From assembly GCA_964016885.1 (NCBI GenBank), contig OZ024741.1, positions 412,300,001 to 412,364,000 on the forward strand: a stretch of 64,000 bases of DNA, read 5' to 3'. Position 1 is the stretch's first letter. Each line of letters opens with the position of its first letter. The notes under the pieces were generated by a model. The model had not been told where the DNA came from and did no database searches. It saw only the letters and a program-made list of their open reading frames with translations. The position numbers were made by a program, and so were the translations under genes. Source of the stretch: Eledone cirrhosa (lineage: Eukaryota). This document shows, piece by piece, positions 28,410 to 42,030 of this stretch.

Positions 28410-28780
28410 TAGATAGATATACACGGGTGTGTATGATTATGTATAGAAGATTATATTAATAAAAGGAATTCCAACTTTGATTTACTCGTTTTATTTACAA
28501 TCCTTTAAAATTTATAATAGTATTAGAATGAAATAGTATGGTAGAATATTAAATGTTAAGTGTTAATTGAACAAGTACTTTCATGCTTTCGCAATCTTCA
28601 GGTTCATAATGTGTGGTGACAGTCAAGTTTGCAATTTTCAACCGTAATGAGATGGGTAAATTTTGCCACTGTGAAAAGTGGCTCCAGAATGCTAAATCTT
28701 GAAAACTGTATTTCGACCAATCGGTGTGTAGTTTCACTGGATTACTAAAGCTGATTGGTTTAGGCGTCACAGTTGGTTGA

Positions 28781-28830
<50 letters not shown>

Positions 28831-28909
28831 GTTTGACAGATTTAACCTGAAGCATACGGAAAATACAGGATAAAGAGTAAAATGTACAGATAGTTTCAAT
28901 AACTATTTC

Positions 28910-28997
28910 ATCTCCCAGACAGATTAGAGATTTAATCTGTTTCGCCCTGAGAATTGTGTTTGTAACAGATAATCCGTAGGCGTCATCAGCGAGAGAT
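28910..28997 (-). ncRNA. Type I hammerhead ribozyme motif in a partial tandem repeat
   Basis: Minus strand: atctctcg-CTGATGA-cgcc..ggc-GAAA-cagatta aatctc taatctg-TC-tgggagat; 8-bp stem I, 7-bp stem III; tandem truncated copy 29066-29178. Confidence 0.85.
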
Positions 28998-29419
28998 AAG
29001 ATAAAATGTGACAAACACCTAAAACTAAAAGCTACACGAATGAATATTTCACCTCGTGCGAGCAAACGGAAAATACAGGATAGAGTAAAATGTACACATC
29101 GTTTCAATAACTATTTCATCTCCCGGACAGATTAGAGATTTAATCTGTTTCGCCCTGAGAATTGTGTTTGTAACAGATCAGGAGACTGACTATTGTGCGT
29201 ATATAAATTAACGCACATGGCATAAATACATACATCTAATTATATGTCAGTTAAAACCTTGCCTTTCTTTTCACATTTTACAGACAGCCACAATGCTGAA
29301 TTATATGATCTTATGTCAGTGTATGGGAGAGAGAGAGAGGGGGGGGGGGGAGCAAGCCAGGGTTTAGTCCCACATTTAAGATCATAGGTAACATTTATCA
29401 TATAAGAAGCTTCAAGAAA

Positions 29420-31490
29420 GTCATTAAAATGCCAGTCTCTGAAAATGTGAATATTGTCCTGTGCTACTGTTTCCTTGTGGGAATGATGGGTTTCGGGTTG
29501 GTTTGAAAAGGATTGACAACAACCACACACTCACACCCACTGGTTATCGGTTTCAGGTTAGGCAAGGTGACTAATGTTGTGAAGAGCAGGTGGCTGATGC
29601 AGCAATATGCTGTAGATGCCCAGGGAAAAATACAATGTTGTCACCTCAAAATGGCCGTAACAATCGAACCGTGATGCGAGCTGAAAAGTATGAGGGTTTC
29701 TATGAGGCTGAAGGAGATTCAGTAAATGAAGGCCGGAGAATTGTTCTTCCACCTTCAATCTATGGTTCCCAATCGCTTCTACAGTGAGTGCTTTCAGAAT
29801 TCGATGACTGTGGTTCGACATGGTAAAGTCGTCTTATTTCATCACGGTAACAACTAACTCTAACTGGGATGAAATAAAAAATAATTTGCACCCTAGTCAA
29901 GAACCTAGAGACCGCCCTGATATTTGTGCAAGATTCTTCAACATCAAGTATGACAGCCTCATGGGTGACATACTGAAAAAGAAAATGTCCTAGGAAAAGT
30001 TGTTGCTCGTTCTGCTACAATAGAGTGGCAGAAACGAGGCCCCACTCATGCTCATATTCTGCAGATAATGGCTGAAGATAGTAAGCACAAAACTGCTGAT
30101 GACATTGATCAGGTAGTGTACTGTGAGATTCCAATTCTACAGAAGATCATCCCCATCTTGCAACATTCATGGCCCATGTGGACAAGTTAATATGATGTGC
30201 TCATGAAAGGAAGGGCTAGGACAACAATAACAATGCTCAAACAGTTATCCCAAGGCAAACCGCATTTGTTGCCAAAAGTTCCTTTTCAAAGTATAGAAGA
30301 AGGGGTAGATAGCATGGTCAATTGTGAGGTTGTCTACAGTGTCAAGGCTGTTAACTAATTAAAGTACATCACAAAAGGATCAGACAAAATCACTTTCACT
30401 ATTAACGATGATCGAGGAAATTGTGTCCATGCTCGAAATGAAATTGAGACCTATATCAATGCATGGTACATCTCAGCCAGTGAAGCATTCTGGAAAGTTG
30501 CCTTGCCATTTACCTGGGGAACAAATGGTCGTGTTTGAGCAAGAGCAGGAAGAAAGTTCTTTCTAGGGGACAGCCAATGACTAAGTTCACGGAATATTTT
30601 CAACTGAATATTAGAGACCCGCTGGAACAAGATATATTGTATATTGATATTCCTAAATATTTCACTTGGACAAACAAAAAATGGCAAAGAAAAAAAGGGG
30701 ACATCTGGATAGTGATCAACAATTTATGAGTGAATCTCTTGGACGCATTCTCAGAAGACATCAATCTGAATTATATTACCTCAGAATGATCATACATCAC
30801 AAGGCTGGGTAAACTTCATATAAAGATTAACTTAGTCTGTTGGTCCTCAGCTGCCACAGATCTTCTGCACCATTTTATTGCACTGCATGCCAAATGACCC
30901 TCTGCAGTTCTGGGAGAAATGGAAGAATTGTCTTGCAGAGGATATTATGCATGAACGTCATGAGCAATTCATGTCCATGCAAACAAATAAATTAACTTCT
31001 GCCAACATTGAATCCTCAGCAACTGGTTCTTTTTCACAAAGTAATTACCTCTGTAAATGAAAATGAGGGCAGAATTTTCTGCTTGAATGCAAGTGCAGGT
31101 ACAGGTCATAAGCATTCTAATGGATTACCTCCAATGTAAAAAATAATTGCACTTGCCACTTCCATATCTGGAATAGCAGCCACTTTGCTTCACAAACAAA
31201 GAACTCTTCATTCCAAGTGCACGATTCCTCTCAATATGACTGCTGAATCAACTTGCTTCTTCACAAAGAGGGATGACACAGGTAAACTTATGCAGCAAGC
31301 TGACCTGTTAATCATTGATGAGAGAGGTATGGGACATAAGAATATCTTTCAATGCCTGACAGGAGCTTCAAAGATGTTCGAGATTGCAAAAAGCCATTTA
31401 GTGGTATCTGGTGACTAAAACCAAATTCTTCCAGTTCTACGTCATGGTGATAGACCACAAATAGTTGAAACAACCTTCAAGGGCAGACAT
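29420..31490 (+). pseudogene. Helitron Rep-helicase fossil
   Basis: LLFPCGNDGF; LMQQYAVDA; RAEKYEG..GRRIVLPPSIYGS; YFITVTTNSNWDEI; DRPDICARFF; IEWQKRGPTHAHIL (HUH); SGIAATLL; LLIIDE; many stops and frameshifts. Confidence 0.9.
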
Positions 31491-31974
31491 TTATCTACAA
31501 ACACAATTCTCACGTATGTTGCATTATCACAAAAAAGAAAATATAAAAATATTAAATGAAAGGTGTCTGTTTGCTGGCAACTGTGTCTACAAAGAAATTC
31601 TACAGTCATGTGAAACAGCTATCACTCTTTTAGTTGAAATGCATTTCAGTTTCTTTTTAAATGATAGAAAAGGGACACTACAAAAACTTATGTCTATATA
31701 TACTAGCAGAAAAACGCCCAAAGGGCAGTTCTTCAGCTAGCATATATAAATATATGTCGTCTCTCTCGGTGTATGTGTGTGTATGTGTGCATATATATAT
31801 AATGATAAAATGCGAAATACTTTCAGATGTTAAAGTCCTTTATTGATAATGCTGCGATACATATTTGTATGACGATATATATATATATACAGTTATAACA
31901 GGGGAGGGTCATATTGTTATAAATATTGCAAGAAATAATAACAGAACACACGGTTTGGTTTGGGTTGTTTTTCG

Positions 31975-32250
31975 GTGTAGGTGTTGATGAATGGCTTGTG
32001 AGGACATTGCAAGCTTTGTACAGAGGTGCTGTCAGTAAAGTGAGGGTAGGAATGGAGTTTAGTGACAAATTCCAGATACAAGTAGGAATACATCCTGTTT
32101 ACAGAAACTGATCTATGCTGATGATAAAATCAGTAGAAGAGCTTGAGAATAAATTCTGGCTATGAAAACAGAGTTGGAATTAAGACGACTGACAGTGAAC
32201 ATAGCTAAGACAAAATTGTTGATGAGTAGAAAAGAGGACAAAACTCAGCG
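31975..32250 (+). mobile_element. RTE LINE RT fragment
   Basis: GVDEWLVRTLQALYRGAVSKVRVG; IYADD. Confidence 0.8.
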
Positions 32251-33070
32251 GAGAAGGAAACTATGAATAAAATGGCGAGCTGTGTGGTTGCATTTAAGTA
32301 TAATGAAAAGAAAAGTTATGGGCAAAAGAGGGCAATATCCATCGTCAGTTGTCTGCTAGGAATCATAGGCATTTCTTCGCGTTAGAGACAAGATACCTCA
32401 ACCTAGGGCGAACAATAACTAAAATAAGTTATTGGAATAAAAAAAGGGGGAGAGAGAAAAATGGATACACACATGAAGGGTGAAGAAACGAAAAGAGGAA
32501 AAATCAAGTCAACAACTCATTTTGAACATAAGTTCTGGTGGGTTTAACGAGAAAAAAAAATACATGTCTTCACTGTAGCAGTGTGAGTGAGAGAAGAGAC
32601 TGCTTTAGAAGTGGCAGGTTAGCCGAGAGAAGGTGACTAGCAGAAGAGGGAGAAGGGGGAGAGAGAGCATAGCAACAAGAGGATAGAAGAGAGATGGGTC
32701 ACAACTGAGAAGAAAACTATGTGAATAAAATGGCAAGCTGTGTGGTTGCATTGAAATATAATCAAAATAAAAGTTACGGGCAAAAGAGGACAATATCCAT
32801 CGTCAGTTGTCTGCTAGGAATCATAGGCATTTCTTCGCGTTAGAGACAAGATGCCTCAACCTAGGGCGAACAATAACTAAAATAAGTTATTGGGATAAAA
32901 CAGAGGGGAGAGAGAGAGAAAAATATAAACAGACACAAAGGCTGAAGCAACAAAAAGAAAGGAAAAAAAAAATCGAGTGAACAATTGATTTCGAACACAA
33001 GTTCTGGCGGGTTTGATAAGAAAAAAAGACACATTCACTGTAGAAGTGTGAGCAAGAGAAGAGACAGTTA
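32250..33070. repeat. Diverged tandem duplication, ~460-480 bp unit
   Basis: gaataaaatggc.agctgtgtggttgcatt..caatatccatcgtcagttgtctgctaggaatcataggc at ~32265-32600 and ~32724-33065. Confidence 0.85.
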
Positions 33071-33128
33071 CGGACGAGGAAGGAAGTGAGCTAGCAGATT
33101 AGTGAGTGAAAATAAGAGAAAGCCAGAA

Positions 33129-33242
<114 letters not shown>

Positions 33243-33253
33243 TTAATATAGAT

Positions 33254-33306
33254 GAGATTCTACAGGACTAGAACTGTTTCATTCATTAGAAATCATCAGG
33301 AATCTC
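33254..33306 (-). ncRNA. Minimal type I hammerhead ribozyme (minus-strand arm of palindrome 33239-33378)
   Basis: gagattc-CTGATGA-tttctaatgaat-GAAA-cag ttctagtc ctg-TA-gaatctc. Confidence 0.8.
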
Positions 33307-33307
33307 T

Positions 33308-33366
33308 GATGGGATTCCTGATGATTTCTAATGAATGAAACAGTTCTAGTCCTGTAGAATCTCATC
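33308..33366 (+). ncRNA. Minimal type I hammerhead ribozyme (plus-strand arm of palindrome 33239-33378)
   Basis: gatgggattc-CTGATGA-t ttc taat gaa t-GAAA-cag..ctg-TA-gaatctcatc; 10-bp stem I, GUA site. Confidence 0.82.
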
Positions 33367-33559
33367 TATATTAAAACTGTTATACTCTGCTATGTATTGA
33401 GTACCTTACTTACTGTGGTTACCTCCGATTCAACCCGGAATAACGTATATATATATATATATATATATATACATACATATAAATATATGCATATATACAC
33501 ATATATACATACATATAAATATATACATATATACATATATATGGTGGTTGCCAACTCTT

Positions 33560-33960
33560 TTTCGAGTACGGCCCCTACTTTATATCCATGTAGGAGAACC
33601 CCTACCGATGGGCTGAACGAGTGTGACGTTTTAGTCCAGCCAGTGACTTGAAAACTCTGGTACAAACACTACACTTGTGACAATTATTGACAGTGCTGGG
33701 CCAATGGTACCATGTGACGACAAGTGCAGAGAGATCTCCAGATATAAAGCAATGCCTGTGCTGTGAAGCTTTTATAGTGAGCAAAGGCACTGCACAAAGC
33801 CAGTCCCACTCTCTTAACCAAGATGATATTTACCAAAAAGAAAAACAAGTCAACATCATTGGATACCATCAGGGTTGCAGGTGTTATATCAGAGTTTTCC
33901 TTCTCCTAGAATTCTGCCTTGACACAGGCTAAGGGGTCATCTCTCCCGGTGATTTTGGAT
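33560..33960 (-). mobile_element. LINE 3' end with C-terminal C2H2-like zinc finger (short copy in + orientation at 43875-43997)
   Basis: HKCSVCTRVFKSLAGLKRHTRSAHR* followed by a short 3' region shared by both copies. Confidence 0.6.
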
Positions 33961-34194
33961 GGCCATTGACTCTTAAGAGCTCCTTTGCCCTTTGACAGGT
34001 TTTGTTTTTAGTCCTGCAGTATGTCCAAAGTCACCTTCCTCACCAAGAAACCTTGGTGGGGTTGCCAGTTTAGTCGCCAACGACCCGACCAGGAGACAGG
34101 TTGTACTGGGATACATGTTACCAGTAGCACCAACTGGTGACCTGACATAATATATATGTATGTACATATATATATATACACACACACACACACA

Positions 34195-34615
34195 AGTGAG
34201 ATGCGCGATGCTGCATGGTAGTGAGACATGGACAGCAACTGCAGAGGATATGCGATGGCTGGAGAGAAAGGAAGCAAGCCTGCTCCGTTGGATGTGCAAT
34301 GTCAATGTGCAGGAACGACCAAGCATAGACGAGTTGAGAGAGAAACTCTGTTTAAGAGGGATAAGTTGTGGTGTGCAGGAGAGAAGACTGAGATGGTATG
34401 GACATGTGAGGCGCATGGAGGTTGAGCGCTGGGTAAAGAAGGGAGACGCAGTAGAGGAAGACCACGAAAAACATGGGTGGAGGTGGTGAGAGCTGACTTC
34501 AGATCGCTGAAACTCACCAAGGAGATGACGAAGGACCATGACAAGTGAAGAGATGCTTTGCTCAAGAGGACCTGTCCCACCCTTTCAAGCAGGGAAAAGC
34601 GGACGTAAAATGATG
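34195..34615 (+). mobile_element. RTE LINE 3' end
   Basis: AMLHGSETW..ERRLRWYGHV; tail cccaccctt..agcagggaaaagcggacgtaaaatgatga. Confidence 0.88.
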
Positions 34616-35124
34616 AACAGACGATGATAATGATGCTCTCTATATATCTATCTCTCTATCAATCTATCCAGATATCTGTGCATCAGTCTATCTATTTACC
34701 TATAAACACCCTCCTGCACTTCTCACTCTGTCTCAGGATCACCGAGACATCACCAACAACCAACCCACGCTGTGGGAAACAGTTCTCCCCGGGGCACACC
34801 CTGGTACTTCACACCATCTGTCTGTCTCGCTGCCTAACTACCGAGAAATCCGGCTTCTGTGCTTGCCTAATTTGTAGGTTATTAGGCAGTTGGCAGGTTT
34901 GCGGAAGTTGGTTTTGCAAATGGTTAAAACACTTGCATCACAAAATTCAAATAGCATCACTCCTTGTTTTATCTTTCTCATCTTTACCTAGGCCTGCATA
35001 AGTTAGTGTTACGGTTAGTGTTACGGTTAGCGTTACGGATAGTTTTAGGGTTAATTGAGGGCAAGAAACTGCTGCTAGGTAAAGAAAAGAAATACTGCAT
35101 TTACAAGCAATTTTTACAAACAGC

Positions 35125-36714
35125 CACAATGACAGGACGGAGACATCGTTATGCTAGCAGGGGATTTCAATGGTCATGTTGGACAGCTCTAGGATGGTTA
35201 CACTGAGGTACATGTTGGGCACACTTACGGCTTAAGAAATGAAGCAGTGAAACTTCTTGAATTTTGCGATGCAATTGCACTAACCATCTACAACACTAAC
35301 TTACACAAATCTGCCAACCACCTAATAACCTACAAATCAGGCAAGCACATAAGCCAGATTGACTTCTTGCTAGTTAGGCAGCGGGACAGGCAGATGGTGG
35401 CAAATACAAAGGCATACCCCGGGGAAGAATGTACCCCACAGCATAGGCTAGTCGTTAGTGATATCTCATTAAGCAAGAGACTGAATGAGACATACAGGAA
35501 GGTGTGGAAAAAAGAAAGGTCTGGAAGCTAAAAGCGCTTTCACTAAAATACAAATTTAGGAAAGCCCTTCAATATGTGTATGATGAAAAAGAAGACGATT
35601 TAGAGTCGTATAACATAGATGATAACTGGAATTTCTTATGCGATACCTTACTGCAGGTTACTGATGAAACTTGTGGCTGGATCAGAGTTCCAACCAGACA
35701 GAGAGTGACATGGTGGTGGGACAGCACGGTAGATCGGGCCATTGGAGACTAAAGACTAGCATGGAATGCTTGCAAAATTAGTGCGAGTAGAGAAGAATAT
35801 ACAGCCGCTAAGAGAGAAGCTAGACGTCAGGTGTACTTAGCACGCAAGGAGGCTGCTCGACAAGAAGATCAAAGACGCGCCGTGTTCCGTATTGCGAGGC
35901 TGTGTGTCAGTGCAAATCGAGATTAAGTTTGTCTGCTTAATGATGCCGGCGTACTTAGATTCACGGATGGTCAGAAAAAAAAAGGCCTGGAAATGTCATT
36001 AAGAGAGACTGATGAATGTGGAGACCCAATGTGAGAAAGAGAGAAATTACCCCCAGTACATCCGACAGAGGGATCAGCTATTCAGATTGACGAATATATG
36101 GTCTAAGAGGCGATTAAGGAAATTAATAATGGTAAGGCCGCTGGACCGTCAGGAATAGTTGCTGAGATGCTGCAGGCATCAGGGGACATAGGCACTAAAC
36201 TGGTTGCACGCTTCATCAAATCAGGCTATATATGTCGGTGTTGTACTCAAAGACTGCTGCAGCAATATTCTCGTAAATTGCTACAAAGGTAAAGGGGATG
36301 CTCTGGACATAAGCAATTATAGAGGAATAAAGCTGATGGATCAGGTTGTGAAAGTGGCAGAAAGGATATTAGCGCAACTAATTATAGAAAGGGTCCAACT
36401 AGATGCGATGCAGTTTAGTTATGTGCCTGGGAAAAGTGCAACAGATACCCTCTTAGCGAGACAACTACAAGAGAGGTTCTTAGAAGCCACTATACTTAGC
36501 TTTTGTTGAAATAACTTCTTTTCTCTTACTGATCATAACTGCAAAATAGAAAACAGTAGCGTTAGCGTTAGAGTGAACAGTACAGTGCAGTGCAGTGCAG
36601 TGCAGTGCAGTGTAGTGTAGTGCAGTGTAGTGTGATTTAGTATGGTGCAGTTTAGTGGCACAGTACACTGTAAAACATTTAGCCAATCTCTCAGACATTT
36701 ACAAATATTTCAAG

Positions 36715-36749
<35 letters not shown>

Positions 36750-37280
36750 ATATTATATATATATATATATATATGGGAGAGAGAGAAATTACCCTCAGTA
36801 GATCAGACAGAGGAACCAGCTATTGAGATTGACGAATATAGGATCCAAGAGGCGATTAAGGAAATGAAAAATGGTGAGGCTGCTGGACCATCGGAGATAG
36901 TTGCTGAGATGCTGAAGGCCTCAGGGGACGTAGGCACTAAACTGGTTGCACACATCATCAATCAGGCTATATATGACAGTGTCATACCCAAAGACTAGTG
37001 CAAAAGTAAAGGGGATGCTCTTGAGAGGAGAAATTATAAGGATATAAAACTGATGGATCAGGTTATGAAAGTGGCAGAAAGGATATTAGCACAACTAATT
37101 AGAGAAAGGGTCAAACTAGATGAGATGCAGTTTGGTTTTGTGCCTGGGAATAGTACAACAGACGCCCTCTTCTTGATGAGACAATTACAAGAGAGGTTCT
37201 TAGAGAAAAATAAGCCACTATACTTAGCCTTTGTTGACCTAGAGAAGGCCTTTGATAGGGTACCCCGATCTGTCATCTTA
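35125..37280 (+). mobile_element. RTE LINE fossil (endonuclease end to RT) with internal duplication and microsatellite insert
   Basis: GDFNGHVG, SQIDFLLVR, WWWD, NYRGIKLMDQV, LAFVDLEKAFDRVPR; 36035-36510 repeated at 36775-37240 across a (gtgca)n/(ta)n block. Confidence 0.88.
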
Positions 37281-37479
37281 TTATTTAACCTATAAATGGG
37301 GCCCTAACAGGTACTACTACACCAGGCCAGAGCAGACCTGGGAGTTATGACAACTAAGGGGGTAACTCCACGTTCCCCACAGTTCCTCCTGAACTTGAGC
37401 CTTGCCACTGGATGTAGTTTAATGTCATACCCAGGACAAATATATACACACACATATATATATATATCAAAATTGATGG

Positions 37480-38000
37480 AAGTTACGGAGTAGGCAGACC
37501 CAGAAAAACCTGGGACGATCTGATAAATTCCGACCTTACATACATCTCTCCAAGACAATGTCACTGGACAGAGATCTTTGGCACTACGCAGTAATACAGA
37601 AGACCTGATTTGTCTATGTACAACGCGAAACCTCGTCAGTAGGCACCTCTTAACCCAAAATACACCCGCATCCCACTACCCTCTCCTCCAACCTCTTTCT
37701 CTGTAAAGTTATGTTGGTACCACAACATCCAGCCCTAAATAAATGAGGTCGTGTAGTTGTCACGAAAAAAAAAAAAAAAAAAAAATCTCCACGCTGTAAT
37801 GTGCCCGTGTAGGTAACACGGTAAAAACCTCCCAGTCCACACTAAACGTGGTTGGTGTTAGGAAGGGCACCCAACCGTAGAAAACCTGCCAGACAGTCCT
37901 ATACGAGCGAGAAAAACCAATCTTGCCTTAAGTGGGACATCTCCCGTCTAAACCCATGCTAGCGTGGAAGATAGACTTTAAACGATGATGATGATGATGA
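37480..38000 (+). mobile_element. RTE LINE 3' end and 3' UTR, same family as 44246-47770
   Basis: GVGRPRKTWDDLINSDL; UTR matches reverse complement of 44250-44430; (gat)n tail. Confidence 0.85.
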
Positions 38001-38714
38001 TATATACACATGGGATAACAAGTTATCGTTTTAGGTAATCCAGTGAGAGGTTTCCTTACTTAGGTAGCGAGTTTGCAATAATTCCCATGCAGGTCGATCT
38101 TGGAGTAATAGTAGTGAAAGAATGAAGAGTAAGATGGCCGGCTGTATAAAAAGGGTTTTATTTACAGTACTAACAATTGTTTCATTGAACAGGTGAGTCT
38201 AAAAGTCGCTAATCACTCGACCTTAAATACAGTGTGTGGCTCTGATAAAATCACCGGAATACTGGAGGGTGTAACACATGGCATTAGCATTTATAGATAC
38301 ATCAGAGAATCGAGTGAATGAAAACGAAAACATCAATAATAAAAGATAAACAATAATAAAAGTATAAAGAAGAAAGAATGACGATGTAAAAAATAAGTAC
38401 AAAATACGGTTTCTGATAATAGTAGTAGTAGAAGTTATAGTGGTGAGTAAGTGGATGTGTAAAATAGTGATGACAGTAATGATAACAATAACATGAAAAG
38501 GAATACGATATATGTTTCAGCAAAATAAAAAGGCAAGTTGTATAATAAAATATCAAAGGATTAAATAAATAATAAAAAGTAAGAGATAGAGAGATAAGGA
38601 ATAGGAGACAGGGACTGAGAATATGGATTCGAGGATGAGGCATAAAGGGTAGGAATAAGGAGAGGGACTAAAAGTTATGTTTTTCTTAACGATGATAATA
38701 CAAAATTAGAGGAA

Positions 38715-39340
38715 TCAAAAGAGAATTACAGTACTATTCACATGTAGTGCAACTGGTGAAAAGTTTAAACCCCTTTTTACTGAAAAAAGCCTTAAACCTC
38801 GTTGTTTCAAGAATATTGACATTTCTAAACAGGAATTTTATTATAAAAAGAACATTACGGATGGATGACAGACAATATATTTTCATTTTACCTAAAAGAA
38901 ATCAATTACGAATTTTTTAAACAATAGAGAAAAGTATTATTGCTCCTTGATAATGCAGCATGCCACAAACAAAGCTTTTAAAATATAAAACTTTTTTTTC
39001 TACCCTCGAACACAACTACAAAATTACAACCTTTAGACCAAGGAATAATTTGGTCATTCAAATGCAACTACAATACGATTTTTATTAATAAAGTTGGTTA
39101 ATAAAGATGTGAAAGTGTCAATTTAAAAGGAACGTCATGAGTTACGCCCCTTTATTTTCCGAGTTCAACTTGGCCTTTCATCCTTATAGGGTCGATAAAT
39201 AAAGTACCAGTGATGCACTGGAATAATTGCTGGCAAAAGTAAAAACAGTTATTGCATGGTATTTTTGGTCAGTCCAGGCATGGGATTCGGTTGTAAAAGA
39301 GACAATTGTAAATTGCTGGGAAAAGTCAGGTATACGAATA
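38715..39340 (+). pseudogene. pogo/Tigger-type DDE transposase fossil interrupted by a SINE fragment (~39160-39235)
   Basis: KRITVLFTCSATGEK, KPRCFKN, WMT, VLLLLDNAACH, FLPSNTTTKLQPLDQGIIWSFKCNY, AWDSVVKETIVNCWEKSG. Confidence 0.88.
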
Positions 39341-40299
39341 CAGAATTCAATGAGTGAAGATTCGCTTGCAAAAGCATTGTGTTTAGAAAATGGGGAATAC
39401 GAGCTGAAATACGCACTTAAGGAACTCAAGGAGCTAAAATATGATAATGTTACTTTTACAATTAAAACTTAAATTTAAATTTTTATGTCTTGTTTTTAGT
39501 TTGGGGAGGGGGAGGGGGATGTCAAAATAACCAACTTTTCTTTTAAAATGTTAATTAAGGTAAACATGACAACTTAAATTCAAGTTTTTTGTCAAAAAAA
39601 AAAAAGGTCATTATTGACATTTTTACACACACACACATATATATATACATACATACTTATATATACATACATATATACTTATATATACATACATACACTA
39701 GCTACACTCTACGTTATATATATATATACTACGGGTGGTTTTCTGCTAGCATGTGTAGTGTGTATATTGATATTATACGCAAGTATATATACATGTAGAT
39801 ATGATACGTCAAATAAAATCGCAATTGACAATATACACATTAGTTGAACGAAGACTGTGTTACACTGTCTTATGTGATAAATGATACATTTATAGATAAG
39901 GATGAGGGGCTAAATATTATCTATATGATTTTACATTGTTGTTATAGGTCTTCGAAGGATATTAGTTATAAGTGATATAATTGAAATACCTTAATCGAAG
40001 AGTTGGTAGCTTCTTATCGGTAGTAAATGCTTCTGACTTCCAGGATATAAATAAATAGCTCTTCAATGCTCACTCCTCTATAAATATAATTTTATTTGTC
40101 GAAAAGGATTGTAGGAGTCATTTTACAATAAATTTTCGCGCGTTTGTATCATCTCTAAGTCAGTTCGGTCTGTCATACGCAACTTCCCATTGGTCAGTTT
40201 GATGTATGTTGAAAGTAAAGGAGTGTTTGAATGTGATTGTGGTGTTTGCGGTGGTGCTTGTATTGACACATTGTAGAAGAGGGGAGTATGAGGCTCTGG

Positions 40300-41250
40300 T
40301 GTGAGAGCATCTGTGTAGGCCCGCTTTAGTCTGTCAATATAGTGTCTTTATGTCCATTAAAGTCAAAGGTGAAATATTTATCTCTACGTGCAAGTACACG
40401 ATAGGGTCCAGAATAAGGTGGAGTGAGAGATTTTCTCACCGTCATTTCTGACAAAAACATGGGTCCACGAGGAAAGTCCCTCGGAACAGAAGATTTAAAG
40501 GTTTGTTGCCTAGTTTTCATATGAGGCAGGACTTGAAAATACGCACGCAAACGGGTCACATATAGTGTAGAGTGCTGAGTAGCATTAGATGCAGGGTGCT
40601 AACTGGTAGTCCTAATTAGCTCTGGTCAAAATCCATGAGAAATCTCTACGTAAATCCAGGTCCAAAGAGCGAGAGATTTGTCCATACGTAGGGATAGCTG
40701 AATGATTTATAGCTTGTAGTGATATGTGTGAGAGAGGAGGTTTTTCTTTCAAGAGTGTTAACAGCCAAATGCTGCAATACGCACCCGTGTCGATGAGGCA
40801 GCGTGCGTGCGAGAAGGAATCCGTAATGAAAAATCCACGACTTTCAGTACTGAATTGCGGAGAAGACGTCGTGCTTAATTCTCCGTTACTTCGTTGGAGA
40901 TGCATTTATGAGCAGAGGCTCCGAAACGGTTATGGTAAAAGCATGCTCGCGATGGTGAAGGTTAGAAACGACGACGTGAATAATTCGAACGATTCTGCGA
41001 CCGTTGTCGGGGAGATCTCGATCTGGATAAACGAAGAAGTTGTACCTCCTTCGTAGGTCAAGGATGGCCTTTAGTGTTGCTTCGTTTGTCGAAGTGGCGC
41101 TGGCCGAAACTGATGCGACAGGAAAAGGTGAAGCATTTGTTGCAAGCCGTGAAGGCGTAGTAGTGGTCGAATTGCCAGAGTACTCCAAAATGTTATCAGC
41201 GTAAGAGCTGTGTAGGTGTATAGTCGCCAAGGTGTACATCAAAGACGTTC
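40300..41250 (-). mobile_element. Gypsy-type LTR retrotransposon remnant (protease and integrase GPY/F tail; RT deleted)
   Basis: CLIDTGAYCSI..LQAINHSAIPTYGQ..LDLRRDFSWI; SLTPPYSGPYRVLARRDKYFT. Confidence 0.82.
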
Positions 41251-41759
41251 GTAAACTTTAACAAAATAGTTGCGAACAAAACATGTAAAAATAATTTTTT
41301 TAAGTCCGTAGTATCCTTGAAACAGTAAAGAGTGCGCTTATGTTGGCCAAAGTAAAAGCGCGGGAATAAGTGATGAAGAAATAGGAGGTGAGTCGCCACA
41401 TTGGACAAAAATGCCATGTGCAAACAAAATATTGTGTTATTGTAAACTCGACATTTTTTTTATGTGTGTGAAGGATGTATTCTTTACAGCCAGGTCACCA
41501 TTTTTTATAGATACATCTTCACGCGTCAACTGTGTCGGTCTGTCTGGCACGCGTCAACTGTGTCGGGTTTTTAACAAGAGAGTGAGATTGCCCATGTATT
41601 CATACGCAACCTCCCATTGGTCAGTTTGACATTATTGCGTATGCAAATGTTGGTATTGTGAAGTGCGACGTAGTTCCACTACGCATTAAAACAAAGACGA
41701 TATTATATATAAACTGCATTAGAACAACTACATTTTTTTCGAAACATTTACCTTCACCA

Positions 41760-42030
41760 GTTGGATACGTGACATTGCCACTCAAACTCCCTTAAATATG
41801 ACTGAAATATTGGTCGGTTGGTACACCCCTCAATATTTTGCGTGTGTGTACTTGATGTGGGATCAACGAAATGCTTTGAACGATTGACAGTGAGATGTGT
41901 ATAACGACCAGGCATACCCGCCACTCATCTGTATGGATCATAGATCCATTTGCACAGTGCCTTTCAATGAGAGGCAGCAGTCTCGGCAGAATCAAGACCA
42001 CCGAGTATCGCCGGAATTTGCTCAACCCAT
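41760..42030 (-). pseudogene. Merlin / ISXO2-like (IS1595 family) transposase fragment
   Basis: LLPLIERHCANGSMIHTDEWR then frameshifted TVNRSKHFVDPTSSTHTQNIEG. Confidence 0.78.

Noticed and set aside
32765-32815. CTGACGA on the minus strand in the ~460-bp tandem repeat
   Set aside because: No GAAA or convincing stems I and III downstream
40165-41635. Direct repeats atacgcaac.tcccattggtcagtttga (~40176-40202 and ~41603-41629) as Gypsy LTRs
   Set aside because: Too short, with no TG...CA termini or TSD identifiable; LTR boundaries cannot be supported
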